Shown in pieces: positions 1 through 10,302 of a stretch of 38,971 nucleotides of DNA. How positions within the stretch are numbered: position 1 is the stretch's first letter; every line of letters begins with the position of its first letter. Both the position numbers and the translations under genes were made by a program. The DNA comes from Filifactor alocis (GTDB taxonomy: Bacteria; Bacillota; Clostridia; Peptostreptococcales; Filifactoraceae). The notes beneath the pieces were generated by a model that did no database searches, had not been told where the DNA came from, and saw nothing but the letters and a program-made list of their open reading frames with translations. The stretch is from assembly GCA_030529565.1 (NCBI GenBank), contig JAUMWQ010000001.1, positions 1 through 38,971 on the forward strand. Direction: 5' to 3'.

Positions 1-66
1 AGTTCGTCTTATCTTTTACGGAGTACAAGTCGGCGATATCCATAGTTCAAATGAACAATAGTATTA
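1..66 (-). mobile_element. Partial MITE/BOX-like repeat, subtype B (left end; cut by window edge)
   Basis: Reverse complement reads TAATACTATTGTTCATTTGAACTATGGATATCGCCGAC, which aligns with the left end of the element at 37761 (TAATACTAATTTTCAATAGAAGTATGGATAT) and with 38809. Confidence 0.6.
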
Positions 67-101
67 GGCTTATTTTAGAAACTGTGCGGTATGTCCCTAA
101 C

Positions 102-140
102 AAAAAAGAGTATTGCAAACTCTTCCCTCCTGCAATACTC
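102..140 (-). terminator. Probable rho-independent terminator downstream of the HPr gene
   Basis: Inverted repeat GAGTATTGCA/TGCAATACTC next to an A6 run (U-tract on the minus strand). Confidence 0.6.
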
Positions 141-283
141 TCAGTGATGCTCGATTTTTTGTATCGTACCAAAGTTCTGCCCGGTGTAATGGTCTATTGA
201 TATTTACCATTTATATCTCCCTCATACTACGGACGCGGTAACAGCACGGTTGGAATCAGTACGAATATCGACGCGTCAAAACG

Positions 284-544
284 CTAGTCGACCTGTTTGG
301 CCAAAAAGGTTTCGATCGCCTTCATAGCCTCTTCTTCGTCGGGCCCTTCCACAAAGACCTCGATACTCTCTCCGGCTTCCACCGCCAAGGCCATCACCCC
401 TATGATCGATTTGCCGTTGACCCGGTGCTGTCCCTTTCGTATCTCGATCTCGGACTCAAAATTGTTGCACTCCTGCACGAACAAGGCCGCCGGCCTGGCA
501 TGCAATCCGGATTTACTCTTGATTTCAAATGTATTGACTAACAT
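284..544 (-). CDS. ptsH: HPr family phosphocarrier protein
   Basis: 86 aa with GLHARPA (His15 motif) and GKSIIGVM (Ser46 motif). AGGAG RBS; lies downstream of rapZ-yvcK-whiA as in other Firmicutes. Confidence 0.9.
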   Translation of the reverse strand: MLVNTFEIKSKSGLHARPAALFVQECNNFESEIEIRKGQHRVNGKSIIGVMALAVEAGESIEVFVEGPDEEEAMKAIETFLAKQVD

Positions 545-640
545 GCTTCTCTCTCCTATCTGACTCCTCCACGTACTTTCTGTACGGAAGCCTTCTGTCT
601 TCTAACTATTGCATTTTCTTTCTCTTCTAAACTGCAATCT

Positions 641-797
641 TATACTGCCATCTTCTATGGAAACACCGCTCAAAGGCGGACTTTTGATTTTTTTCGATTT
701 TATATATAGTGTGAAATTGTGTCATACCGACGCCTTCAATAATTTCTTCCTCAATATGACATCGGCTTTATACTGCCTCTTTGAATTGTGCATATCG
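641..797 (-). repeat. Two degenerate right ends of the MITE-like repeat family
   Basis: TATACTGCC starts at 641 and 769. The reverse complement of 769-797 (CGATATGCACAATTCAAAGAGGCAGTATA) resembles subtype B right ends ending at 37876 and 38925. Matching left ends are not clear. Confidence 0.35.
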
Positions 798-984
798 CCT
801 TATAACTGCTCAAGCTACTTAGAGCTCTACATCCCATCCGACGATCCGGTGATTCTGTCCACGATATCCTGATAAAAATCGAGTTCTGCAACCGTCGAAA
901 CCATCACCGATATCGACACTTTTTAGATTGCTGACAGCCGTTCTTTGTCCCACACTGCTCTTATATGTCGAGGATAAGCCCTCG

Positions 985-1977
985 CTATTCTCTGCCCTTC
1001 TTCGAAGAAGAGACATCACCTCTCGAAGGAAGATTCTCCTCCTTGAGCTTGTCCGCAAAGGCCTGTATCTTTTTCAGTCGGTGGTTCACTCCTGAACGTC
1101 CCAAGGAACCTCCCAGCATATCGGCAAGTTCCTTAAGGCTCGAGTACCGATGTTCCAACCTCGCTTCCGCTACCGCCCGCAGTTCGTCCGGCAGAGCCTT
1201 AAGCCCTACGGTATTTTTTATATAGTCAATGCTCTCCACATGTTGAACCGATGATTTTACAACCTTATAAAGATTTGCCGTTTCGCAGTTTACCATTCGA
1301 TTCACCTTGTTTCGAACTGCTTTTTTCGCTTTTACGTTTTCGATCAGGAAGGTGTTTTCATAGTCGCCCATCAGGGTCAAAAGATCTGAGATGTCGTCGC
1401 TGTCTTTGATATAGATGACGTTGTTGTTCTTTCTCCTCGTTACATTCGCTCTAAGTTGAAGACTCTGCAGGAGTTCCTTAAAGTTCTCGCTAAACTCGTC
1501 ATCTCCCGTCACAAATTCGATATGATAGGATTTGCCGGGATCGGTCGCCGAACCTCCTCCGATAAAAGCTCCTCGGATATAAGCCTTGCTGTTCATCTCG
1601 GAACGAAGGATGAAGGGAGGTATGGAGCTGGTCAGACGGAAATACTCTCCATCCCTTTCGATCAGACCGGTCTTCAAAAGAATATCATTGCCTCTCTTCT
1701 TATCGACGACCTCCATGGTATAGAGTCTCTTTTTGAGATTTTCATTCTTATTGGCACTGATCCGCATATCCAAAGCGAAACACTTCTTGACGATGCGCAC
1801 GATCTTCCTGCTGACTGCAGGGTTTTCTATCGTGATGACAAAGGAGAGAAGACCTCCTCCTACAAAACGGATCTTTCCACCCATGCGAATGATCCCGGAA
1901 AGCTCACTGATCTGTTGCTCCTTAGTCTCCGGGATGATCCTCGCCAAGTTATTTTTTACTTCCGCAGAAAAAGACAT
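985..1977 (-). CDS. whiA: DNA-binding protein WhiA
   Basis: MSFSAEVKNNL start, YIRGAFIGGGSATDP..YHIEF, RNKVNRMVNCETANL, C-terminal HTH SLKELA..GRSGVNHRLKKI. Confidence 0.95.
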   Translation of the reverse strand: MSFSAEVKNNLARIIPETKEQQISELSGIIRMGGKIRFVGGGLLSFVITIENPAVSRKIVRIVKKCFALDMRISANKNENLKKRLYTMEVVDKKRGNDILLKTGLIERDGEYFRLTSSIPPFILRSEMNSKAYIRGAFIGGGSATDPGKSYHIEFVTGDDEFSENFKELLQSLQLRANVTRRKNNNVIYIKDSDDISDLLTLMGDYENTFLIENVKAKKAVRNKVNRMVNCETANLYKVVKSSVQHVESIDYIKNTVGLKALPDELRAVAEARLEHRYSSLKELADMLGGSLGRSGVNHRLKKIQAFADKLKEENLPSRGDVSSSKKGRE

Positions 1978-1979
1978 CT

Positions 1980-2399
1980 CTATCTCCCACTCTTTATTTT
2001 CTTTAACGCTACTTCAATGATGGCACTCTCATCATTGTACTTTGCAAGGGATAAGACTTGATTGAAATGGATGAACTTGGCTTCTACAAAGCCTTCTTCC
2101 TTCTGAGGTGTCGTCTCCATATTCTTACAGGTCATAAGATACCAATGCACCGTCTTATGTACCGGTTTGTTCTCATCCCAATTTTCTTTATAGGTATAAT
2201 GGATCTCTCCCAGATAGTCCTTGATCTCGGCCCTGACCCCGCCTTCCTCAAAGACCTCTCTCAATGCGGCATCCTTCGAAGACTCTCCTTCTTCGATCTT
2301 GCCCTTAGGCAAGACCCAATCTCCGTTGAACTTCTTTAAGAGAAGGATCGCATTATTGAACACAACGACTCCTCCGGAACTTATCTCTTCTTTTAACAA
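1980..2399 (-). CDS. NUDIX hydrolase
   Basis: Nudix box GKIEEGESSKDAALREVFEEGG. Confidence 0.9.
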   Translation of the reverse strand: MLKEEISSGGVVVFNNAILLLKKFNGDWVLPKGKIEEGESSKDAALREVFEEGGVRAEIKDYLGEIHYTYKENWDENKPVHKTVHWYLMTCKNMETTPQKEEGFVEAKFIHFNQVLSLAKYNDESAIIEVALKKIKSGR

Positions 2400-2490
2400 A
2401 TTCCTCTATCCTTCCTAAATGATACTATTTGTTATTATTATATCCTATATCTTACCTTTTTGCTATCTTTTTCGTTCTCCCTTGCAAACA

Positions 2491-3468
2491 CTATCCTTGA
2501 AGTAATTTAAGTACGATCTGAGCCACCTTATCGCTGTCGTGCATCATGGCCCCGTAGTCCGTCTCCTTGGCAAATTCTCCCTGGATGCTCTGAACCCCAA
2601 TCTCATTCATCCTGCGGATGTCTTCCGCGGCGGGATAGAGGATGGTTTTTTCCTCTCTGTCATAATTTTGTTGTACCGTCTCTGAAATAGGCGAGGTGTT
2701 GATCACTACATATTGAAGGTGATAATCGAGAGTCTTTTGAATAAGCTCCACATGCTGATAGATATCGAGATGGTCGGTCTCTCCGTTTTCGGTCATCAAG
2801 TTACAGATATATACCTTCTTTGCCGAACTTTTTAGGATGGCTTCCTTGATATCGGGGATCAGCAGGTTGGGGATCAAACTCGTATAGAGACTGCCCGGCC
2901 CGATGATAATGATGTCCGCAGCTTGGATGTGCTCCAAAACCTGTGCGGTCGCCTCCGGCTTCTCGGGTATGATCTCTATCCTTTTGACATGGGTGCTCTG
3001 TTCCAGGCAGGTTCTTGCGATCTGGGACTCTCCAATGACGACGTTGTCATTCTCCAGCACTGCCATAAGCCTTATCATCTCGGGAGAAGCGGGCAATACC
3101 TTACCCTTCACCGATATCATCTCCGATACCTGATCGATCGCAATCTGAAAGTCTCCGAAGATCTCATTCAAAGCCAAAATAAAGAGATTCCCGAAGTTCT
3201 GCCCCTTCAAACTTCCATAAGCAAAACGATGGTTCATCAGTTTCTCCATCGTGGGATCCATATTAGACAAAGAGATCAGACAGTTGCGGATGTCTCCCGG
3301 AGGAAGCATCCTCATCTCCGTTCTTATAGTTCCGGAACCTCCCCCGTCATCGGATACCGCCACTACCGCCGTCAACTCTACATCATCCTTATTCTTAAAT
3401 CCTCTGAGCAGATTACCCTGCCCTGTTCCTCCTCCGAGGACGACGACTTTCTTCTTTATTTTTTTCAT
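2491..3468 (-). CDS. yvcK: YvcK/GlmR family UDP-GlcNAc-binding gluconeogenesis factor
   Basis: GGGTG, DDGGGSG, PPGDIRNC and GPGSLYTSLIPNLL motifs; adjacent to rapZ. Confidence 0.93.
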   Translation of the reverse strand: MKKIKKKVVVLGGGTGQGNLLRGFKNKDDVELTAVVAVSDDGGGSGTIRTEMRMLPPGDIRNCLISLSNMDPTMEKLMNHRFAYGSLKGQNFGNLFILALNEIFGDFQIAIDQVSEMISVKGKVLPASPEMIRLMAVLENDNVVIGESQIARTCLEQSTHVKRIEIIPEKPEATAQVLEHIQAADIIIIGPGSLYTSLIPNLLIPDIKEAILKSSAKKVYICNLMTENGETDHLDIYQHVELIQKTLDYHLQYVVINTSPISETVQQNYDREEKTILYPAAEDIRRMNEIGVQSIQGEFAKETDYGAMMHDSDKVAQIVLKLLQG

Positions 3469-3486
3469 ATCCCTTCTTCCCCCAAC

Positions 3487-4341
3487 TCAATGTTTTGCAG
3501 CGTCTCTATGGTGGATGGACGCCTTGTATCCACTCGTATCCAAATATTCGTACAGTTTGTTGGCAACGGTTACCGAACGATGTCTGCCTCCCGTGCATCC
3601 GATCGAAACCACAAGCTGTGTCTTGCCCTCCTTCATATAGTTCGGGATCAAAAAATCCATCATATCCTTGAGCCTTTCAACGAACTCCTCGCTGACCTCG
3701 GAGTTCATCACATAATCCTGGACCTCCTTCTCATTGCCCGTACGCTCCCTGAGGTGCGCAACATAATAAGGATTCGGCAGAAAACGAACATCGAAGACGA
3801 GGTCTGCATCGATGGGGATACCGTGCTTAAAGCCGAAGGAATTGATGATGAGGTGAAAGGGTTTCTTCTCATCCTTATCTCGACAAAACTCCAGGATCTT
3901 CTCCCTCAGGGTATGAATGTCGGTATCGCTGGTATCAATGATATAATCAGCCTTTTCTCTTAGAGGAAGCAGGATCTCTCTCTCCTGACGGATCGCCTCC
4001 AACATCGTCTGATTCGCCGAGAGCGGATGACTTCTCCTCGACATCTTGTAACGCCTTACGAGGATGTCTTCCCTCGCTTCCAAAAACAGGATCTTGATAT
4101 CTCCCTTTTCTTCACTGAGAAACTGCTCCATCGCTCGAAAATCCTCAAAAAAGCGGTAACCCCGAATATCGACTCCCAGCGCCGTCTTCTCCTGCTCAAA
4201 GGAATTGCGACTGAGTTCCCTGAATTTTTGGATCAAGAGGGGCGGCATATTGTCGATACAATAGTAGCCGATATCCTCAAATATATTCATCGCTTCACTT
4301 TTACCTGATCCGGAAAGTCCGGTTACAATTACCGTATTCAA
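3487..4341 (-). CDS. rapZ: RNase adapter / P-loop NTPase RapZ (YvcJ)
   Basis: VTGLSGSGKS Walker A, SFGFKHGIP.DAD.VFDVRFLPNPYY, IGCTGGRHRSV. Confidence 0.96.
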   Translation of the reverse strand: MNTVIVTGLSGSGKSEAMNIFEDIGYYCIDNMPPLLIQKFRELSRNSFEQEKTALGVDIRGYRFFEDFRAMEQFLSEEKGDIKILFLEAREDILVRRYKMSRRSHPLSANQTMLEAIRQEREILLPLREKADYIIDTSDTDIHTLREKILEFCRDKDEKKPFHLIINSFGFKHGIPIDADLVFDVRFLPNPYYVAHLRERTGNEKEVQDYVMNSEVSEEFVERLKDMMDFLIPNYMKEGKTQLVVSIGCTGGRHRSVTVANKLYEYLDTSGYKASIHHRDAAKH

Positions 4342-4466
4342 TTTCTTTCTCCTTGCCTATTACCGATATAGCTGTGCAAGATAGACGGCAAAAGCGTTTC
4401 TTCAACCGTTTCTCGCACTCGCCTTCTTACCATAACTTCCACACCATAAAATCCCGTGCTTTTATA

Positions 4467-5207
4467 CTAGTCCTCTTTCAGGTTTATCACCTTGTCCAAA
4501 GACAGGCCTGCCTCCCGGATATTTTTGAGAGCGACCTCCAAATTTCCTATATGTTCACTTCGATGGGCATCGGCTCCCACGCTGAACTTGAGATCCCAAT
4601 CCTTGATCAGACTCAGCTGAGCGGCGGAAAGATTGGCGTGGTGGGTGTTGATCTCCAATATCGTACCCGTCTCCATTGCAACCTTAGCGACCTCCTCAGT
4701 ATCGATATCCCCCTTGTCTCCGGGATGAGTGAGGATAAACAGGTCGTTCTGCTTCATCGCATTGATCAGAGCCCTCGTATTATAGTCGACCTCAAAGCGC
4801 TTAAAAGGCTTGACAAAGTTGCAAACATGGTTTCTCAGCCCTCGAGGTTTCGTGATCGAGGAACCGAAGTGATAACCTGCCATCACATAGTCCACGTACT
4901 GCAAGATGTAGTCATCGACATCGATCAGGCCCGTATCGTCGAGGATGTTGGCCTCCACCCCGAGCAGGATCTGCATATCGGGATACTTCTCCCTCAGCCT
5001 CAACACCTCATCCTTCATCTTCGGATAGTCCTTGTAAGACACACCGAAACCCATATGGCGGTACCCGTGATCGGAGATGCCGATCGTCCTGATCCCGAGA
5101 TTGCGAGCCGCGATCACATTGTCCTCCATGGTGTTTTTTCCATCGCTGTAAAAGGTATGGGTATGATACTCCGCCGTCTGTATCCACGTTCTATTCTTCT
5201 CCGACAA
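4467..5207 (-). CDS. PHP domain metal-dependent phosphoesterase
   Basis: HTHT..SDG, ISDHG, GVEAN, HP and DAH metal-binding motifs. Confidence 0.88.
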   Translation of the reverse strand: MSEKNRTWIQTAEYHTHTFYSDGKNTMEDNVIAARNLGIRTIGISDHGYRHMGFGVSYKDYPKMKDEVLRLREKYPDMQILLGVEANILDDTGLIDVDDYILQYVDYVMAGYHFGSSITKPRGLRNHVCNFVKPFKRFEVDYNTRALINAMKQNDLFILTHPGDKGDIDTEEVAKVAMETGTILEINTHHANLSAAQLSLIKDWDLKFSVGADAHRSEHIGNLEVALKNIREAGLSLDKVINLKED

Positions 5208-6102
5208 TTTTTACCTCTTCCTCCAACTCCACCTGAAAGGTATCATAGACCGTTTTCTTCACAAAACGGATGAGCTCCATCACATCTTCACAACTTGCGC
5301 TGCCCTTGTTGATCACAAATCCGCAGTGTAGCTGAGACACCTGGGCATCCCTATGGCAGATCCCCCTCAAGCCCGCATCGTCGATCAGCTTGCCCGCAAA
5401 ATGACCCTCCGGTCGCTTGAAGGTCGAGCCTGCGGAATAGTCCGCTACCGGTTGCTTGGTGTTACGTCTATGGGTGAAATCCTCTATCCTTGAACGGATC
5501 TCTTCATAACTTCCCTTCTTCAGACGAAACTTGGTTCCCAAGACGATGAGACCGTCCTCTGCCACTCTGCTCCTGCGGTATGCAAAGCCCATATCTTCCC
5601 CGGAGATCTCGCGGATCTGCCCGTCTTTATCCAAGACACGTACCGCTTCGACGATGTCCTTCATCTCTCCGCCGTAAGCTCCGGCATTCATCGTCATCGC
5701 TCCTCCTACCGTCCCCGGTATCCCGCTGGCAAACTCGAATCCTTCGAGTTTCTCTGCAAGAATATGCTTGGAAAGGGTCGACAGCAGGATCCCCGCCTGC
5801 GCATAGACCTCTTCGCCCTCGATGGAGTAGTCGCTCAAGTTTTGCCCGATGCGGATCACTACTCCGCGGATCCCCTTGTCCCTTACAAGAAGGTTGCTCC
5901 CGTTGCCCATCACAAAGTAGGGGATCCCTTCTTCTTTCAGCCTCAAGATCAGTGCCCTGAGCTTCTCTTCGCAGGACGGAGATACAAAGTAGTCCGCCTT
6001 CCCTCCGATATGAAAGGAAGTATGCAGTTTCATGGGTTCGTCCTGCAAAATCTCCTCCCTGTCCAACACTTCTTCCAATACTGTCAATATCCTCGTTTGC
6101 AT
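5191..6102 (-). CDS. murB: UDP-N-acetylenolpyruvoylglucosamine reductase
   Basis: HTSFHIGGKA, GNGSNLLV, GIPGTVGGA..MNAGAYG, SAGSTFKRP, LEEEV motifs. Confidence 0.96.
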   Translation of the reverse strand: MQTRILTVLEEVLDREEILQDEPMKLHTSFHIGGKADYFVSPSCEEKLRALILRLKEEGIPYFVMGNGSNLLVRDKGIRGVVIRIGQNLSDYSIEGEEVYAQAGILLSTLSKHILAEKLEGFEFASGIPGTVGGAMTMNAGAYGGEMKDIVEAVRVLDKDGQIREISGEDMGFAYRRSRVAEDGLIVLGTKFRLKKGSYEEIRSRIEDFTHRRNTKQPVADYSAGSTFKRPEGHFAGKLIDDAGLRGICHRDAQVSQLHCGFVINKGSASCEDVMELIRFVKKTVYDTFQVELEEEVKIVGEE

Positions 6103-6114
6103 ATCGTTCTCCTT

Positions 6115-8934
6115 CTATCTGTATTCCAAACTCTTCAAAAGTTCGCCCATCTCATCGACTTTCTTCTGATACTCGGCAAGAGATCCTTCCTGCAAGGCCG
6201 CCTGCGCCTCTTCGTAGGCTTGCAGCGCCCTACTTATGACTTCATCCGAAGACTGAGGAGGAGTTTGAACTTCTCCTTCTTGAACCTCCCGGGGAAGGGA
6301 AGTCTCTTGCTCCTGTGCGCCTTCGTCGAAGATGGCCTTCAGAGCCTTATCCAAGGTCTCTTCCATCACGATCTTATCCTTGTATCCGATCAGGATCCTC
6401 TTTACCTCAGGAATGGCATTCTCTCCTGCCGCCCTGATGTAGAGCGGTTCGATATAGAGGAGGGAGTTGTCGATCGGAACAGTCAGGATATGACCCCTCA
6501 GCACCTCCGAGCCTCTTGAATTCCAGAGAGAAAGATCCTTGGAGATCTTATCATTGTTGTTGAACTTGCCCTCCATCTGCTGAGGCCCTATGACGATCTT
6601 GTCCTTGGGCATCTTGTAGAGGAGGAGTTTGCCGTAATTTTCCCCATCGTTTCGAGCGATCAAAAGCCCCGTAAGGTTCTGCTTAAACTTCGGTGTATAG
6701 GGAATGCTGAGCAGAAACTCCGCCCTCTCCTCCTTGGGGATGCGATAGGTGCTGTAGATGGACTCCATCGTCCTCGTCTCTCCCGAATACTCCTCCATAG
6801 GAATATCCCACTTATCCTCCCTATTGTAGAAGACCTGCGGATCCTTCATATGGTAGGTCGCATAGACCTGCGACTGGATGTCGAAGAGGGTCTGCGGATA
6901 ACGCAGGTGAGCCTTGATCTCCTCGGGCATCTCCGCCATGGGCTTGAACAGCTTGGGGAAGATCTTAGCATAGGTCCTCACCATGGGATCGTTCTCGTCG
7001 ACAAGGTAGAAGTCCACCGTTCCGTCATAGGTGTCTACCACGACCTTGAAGGAGTTGCGTGCATAGTTGACGTTCTTGACCTTGCCGAGGGGGCGTGCTG
7101 AACTCTCGCCTTCCTTTAGGCGCGAAAAAGTGTCGGAGTACGGATAGTTGGAGGATGCGGTATAGCCGTCGACGATATAATAGATCCTTCCATTGTAAAC
7201 GACGGGGTAGATATCCTCATCAAACTCCAAGAACGGCGCAATCTTCTCGACCCTTTGCAGGACGTTGCGATGGATGAGGATCTTGCTCTCCCTATTAATA
7301 TTGCCCGAGATCAGCAGTTTGAAGTCCCTCTCCCTGATCGAGAAGAGCAGACGGTTCCAAAAGCCCAGAGAAATCCCTCCTCTTCCGTCATACTTCGTCA
7401 TCTCGTTGCTCTCTCCCTTGGGATAGTCGAACTCGCTCTCCTTTGTGTTGACGATGACATAATCGTTCGTAAGCTCCCCGAAATAGACCTGAGGCTTTTC
7501 GAGTTTAAGCTGTTCGTACTGCGAATGGACCGGAACGTTCTTCATGATCATCTGCGGTTGCCCTGAAGAAGTGAGCTTGTTGACCGGCGCCATAGCCATT
7601 CCGTACCCGTGTGTATATTTCAACTTGCTGTTGATCCAGTTTTGAGCCTTGTTCTCCAGCCTCCTCTTATCCATCTCGCGCACGGATAGAAAGACCTGGG
7701 TAAGGTTGCCGTCGAGTTCATAGCGGTCGATGTCCACGTCGTGGAAGGAATAATAGCCTCTCAACCCCTGAAGCTGATTGAAGGCCTCCTTGGTAGGGCG
7801 GTAATCGTTCAAGCTGACATTCTGAATGGTCTCCCTGTTGTCGCCGATCTTCTTTGCATCGAGATCCTCCTCCAGAGCGAACTCACGCACCTCGATCTTA
7901 TCCAGATTGTATGCCCTGTTGGTGTATTCGATCGCATATTCGATATAGGGCTTCTCCTTGCTCAATTCATTGGGCGAAACGACAATACTCTGTACCGCTT
8001 CCTCCACAAGTTTTCCACTGAGATTGACCAAGATCACGATCGAGAGCATCAGAGCGATCGCCTTCTTGAAGTTCTTCTTCTTAAACAGGAAGAACAGGGC
8101 GATCAAGGTCGAGAGAACGGCAGAGATCCTGTAGACCCAAAGAGCTACCGCCACATCGGTATAGCCCGCTCCAAAGACCGCTCCCCTGGGCGAATACAAA
8201 AGGTTGTACTGACCCAAAACGTTCTTGATCGCAAAGGCGAGGAAGAAGACGGCGACAAAGCGCCTCCCCTTCAACTGCAAAAACTCCAGCATCTTATCCT
8301 TGAGCACCATATTGCCCGTCTTGGGAAACAAGGTCCGGATCCCCTCGTCCTCTTCCTTTCTCTCCCACTGAGAAGAATGGATCATCCCCAGCCAAAAGAT
8401 ACCGAAAAAACTGACGAAACCGATGATAACGACCATATTTAAGGCGAAGGAAAAGAGTTCGGTCAAAAACGGGAGTTTGAAGATGTAGAAACCGATGTCG
8501 TGATGAAACACGGGATCGCTCACTCCAAAAGGTACGGAGTGCAAAAACTCGAGCATCTTCTTCCAGTTGCCCGCACTGATGCCGCTACTGAAGATCAGTG
8601 CCAAAAAAAAGGAAAGAAGCAGGATGAACCTACGCGTATTCCTCTCTTCCCTGCTTTCGATCAAAAAACCGAACAGCTTGATCCCCTGCTTGTAAGAACG
8701 GAGGAAGTAAGCTGCAAAAAGCACAAAGAGAACGAGCAGGATGGGTACTCCCAGATACAGGCGTGCAAAAAAACGACGCACAAAGGTATCCAAGTGTCCG
8801 ACCGTTCTAAACCAAACCACATCGGCAAAAAAATCCACTCCGGAATAAAAGACCCCTATCACAAAAAATATCAAACATAGCACGATGACGCCTGTTCGAT
8901 AGATCTTTTTCCTCTCCTCCCAGCTCATATGCAT
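6115..8934 (-). CDS. UPF0182 family membrane protein
   Basis: Several N-terminal TM segments, DP.F.HDIGFYIFKLPF, GAGYTDV, YTHGYG, NYARNSFKVVVDTYDG. Start placed at ATG 8934 after GAGAGGAG (ORF track starts at 8952). Confidence 0.88.
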   Translation of the reverse strand: MHMSWEERKKIYRTGVIVLCLIFFVIGVFYSGVDFFADVVWFRTVGHLDTFVRRFFARLYLGVPILLVLFVLFAAYFLRSYKQGIKLFGFLIESREERNTRRFILLLSFFLALIFSSGISAGNWKKMLEFLHSVPFGVSDPVFHHDIGFYIFKLPFLTELFSFALNMVVIIGFVSFFGIFWLGMIHSSQWERKEEDEGIRTLFPKTGNMVLKDKMLEFLQLKGRRFVAVFFLAFAIKNVLGQYNLLYSPRGAVFGAGYTDVAVALWVYRISAVLSTLIALFFLFKKKNFKKAIALMLSIVILVNLSGKLVEEAVQSIVVSPNELSKEKPYIEYAIEYTNRAYNLDKIEVREFALEEDLDAKKIGDNRETIQNVSLNDYRPTKEAFNQLQGLRGYYSFHDVDIDRYELDGNLTQVFLSVREMDKRRLENKAQNWINSKLKYTHGYGMAMAPVNKLTSSGQPQMIMKNVPVHSQYEQLKLEKPQVYFGELTNDYVIVNTKESEFDYPKGESNEMTKYDGRGGISLGFWNRLLFSIRERDFKLLISGNINRESKILIHRNVLQRVEKIAPFLEFDEDIYPVVYNGRIYYIVDGYTASSNYPYSDTFSRLKEGESSARPLGKVKNVNYARNSFKVVVDTYDGTVDFYLVDENDPMVRTYAKIFPKLFKPMAEMPEEIKAHLRYPQTLFDIQSQVYATYHMKDPQVFYNREDKWDIPMEEYSGETRTMESIYSTYRIPKEERAEFLLSIPYTPKFKQNLTGLLIARNDGENYGKLLLYKMPKDKIVIGPQQMEGKFNNNDKISKDLSLWNSRGSEVLRGHILTVPIDNSLLYIEPLYIRAAGENAIPEVKRILIGYKDKIVMEETLDKALKAIFDEGAQEQETSLPREVQEGEVQTPPQSSDEVISRALQAYEEAQAALQEGSLAEYQKKVDEMGELLKSLEYR

Positions 8935-9073
8935 ACTTCTTCTCCTCTCCATTTCTCTTGTCTATACGAAGGTTTTCCTATGTTTTTACAAAAACATCCT
9001 ACCTTTTGTTATACCACTTTTCAGCACTATTTTATCACAAAAGACGGATTTATTATATCGTTTCCCAAGATAG

Positions 9074-9106
9074 AAAAAAAGAACCGCCCTAATATAGACG
9101 GTTCTT
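9074..9106 (-). terminator. Rho-independent terminator of rubrerythrin gene
   Basis: Minus strand AAGAACCGTC-TATATTA-GGGCGGTTC followed by a T run. Confidence 0.8.
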
Positions 9107-9115
9107 GTGGTTTTT

Positions 9116-9673
9116 CTATAGATAGTTTTTAGCCAATTCTTCGAAATATGCCTTCGGATGTTGACAAACAGGGCATCTCTCAGGCGCTTTTGCTCCCTCA
9201 AAGATAAATCCGCAGTTTGCACAGTGCCATGCGATCTTCTCTTCTTTCTTGAACACCTTTCCTTCTTCTACGTTCTTTGCCAAGGTGTTGTATCTTTCCT
9301 CGTGAGCCTTCTCGATGTCCGCTACCTGACGGAACATTCTCGCGATATCCTTGAAGCCTTCCGCTTCCGCTTCTTCCGCCATGGTCGGATACATATCCGT
9401 CCACTCGTAATGCTCCCCTGCAGCTGCTGCCAACAAGTTGGTCTTTGTATCTTCGCTGATTCCGTCAAGGAGTTTGAACCACATCTTCGCATGCTCTCTC
9501 TCGTTGCCTGCAGTCTCTTCAAAGATAGCGGCAATTTGGTTGTATCCTTCTTTTCTTGCAGCAGATGCAAAGTAGGTGTATTTATTTCTCGCTTGAGACT
9601 CTCCTGCAAATGCGTTCCATAAGTTCTGCTCTGTCTTTGTTCCTTTTAATTCCTTCATTCCTTTTAGTTCCAT
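9116..9673 (-). CDS. rbr: Rubrerythrin
   Basis: [17 protein letters not shown] and EKAHE di-iron motifs; C-terminal CANC..CPVC rubredoxin-like domain. Confidence 0.94.
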   Translation of the reverse strand: MELKGMKELKGTKTEQNLWNAFAGESQARNKYTYFASAARKEGYNQIAAIFEETAGNEREHAKMWFKLLDGISEDTKTNLLAAAAGEHYEWTDMYPTMAEEAEAEGFKDIARMFRQVADIEKAHEERYNTLAKNVEEGKVFKKEEKIAWHCANCGFIFEGAKAPERCPVCQHPKAYFEELAKNYL

Positions 9674-9717
9674 TTCAATTCCCCCTTTAATAATATCAAT
9701 CTATCCCCTTGGAATTA

Positions 9718-9746
9718 ATTTTAATATGAAATCATTACAATGTCAA
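9718..9746 (-). promoter_or_regulatory. Sigma-A promoter of rbr with a PerR/Fur-like box in the spacer
   Basis: Minus strand TTGACA-17 nt-TAAAAT. The spacer TTGTAATGATTTCAT resembles the Per box TTATAATNATTATAA. Confidence 0.7.
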
Positions 9747-9906
9747 GTGAAAAAATATCTTTTGGTTTTTCACCGTATATTTCTTCCCGGCGATTCATAT
9801 CTCCATTTGTATTCCAATGTTTTATATACCCTCTCGACGAAGTTCAAAACATTTTGTTTCGAGATATTTATTATCAATTAATAATTATTAGAGGTTAGGA
9901 ATCTAT

Positions 9907-10302
9907 TTAAAGTCTAAGGAGACGATTGACGACGTCCTTGAGCTTGGCCTCTTTGATCTCTCTGAGCATAATTACGAGCACAAAGAGGATGTCTTCTTCG
10001 ACCTCGTTGTAACCGTAGGCGAAACTCATATAGGCATAGCGGTTATACAACACCTTCTTCAACTCCACATAGCTGAATTCATCCAGCTCTTCCATCGCCG
10101 CATTGACGGTTTCTTCATCCGGTCTGCTCTTCGACTCGAAACCCGGAATATCCTTGATCCTGCACGCAAGCCGAAGGCCTATCGCATCATCTCTTCCTGT
10201 CGCCTGAGTCAAGTCATTGATCAGACGAAAAGGGGTGATCTCCTCGATTTTTTTCGCCACCTCAACGGAATCCAAGACCTCATCTCCTATTTTTTGGTAC
10301 AT
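9907..10302 (-). CDS. Hypothetical protein (131 aa)
   Basis: AGGAGGAG RBS before the ATG and protein-like composition; no family recognised with confidence. Confidence 0.75.
   Translation of the reverse strand: MYQKIGDEVLDSVEVAKKIEEITPFRLINDLTQATGRDDAIGLRLACRIKDIPGFESKSRPDEETVNAAMEELDEFSYVELKKVLYNRYAYMSFAYGYNEVEEDILFVLVIMLREIKEAKLKDVVNRLLRL

Noticed and set aside
819-1058. tmRNA-like GGTTTCGAC motif, or a 79-aa ORF on the minus strand
   Set aside because: No GGGG acceptor start, T-arm/CCA end or tag peptide is visible. The ORF overlaps whiA and has no recognisable motifs.
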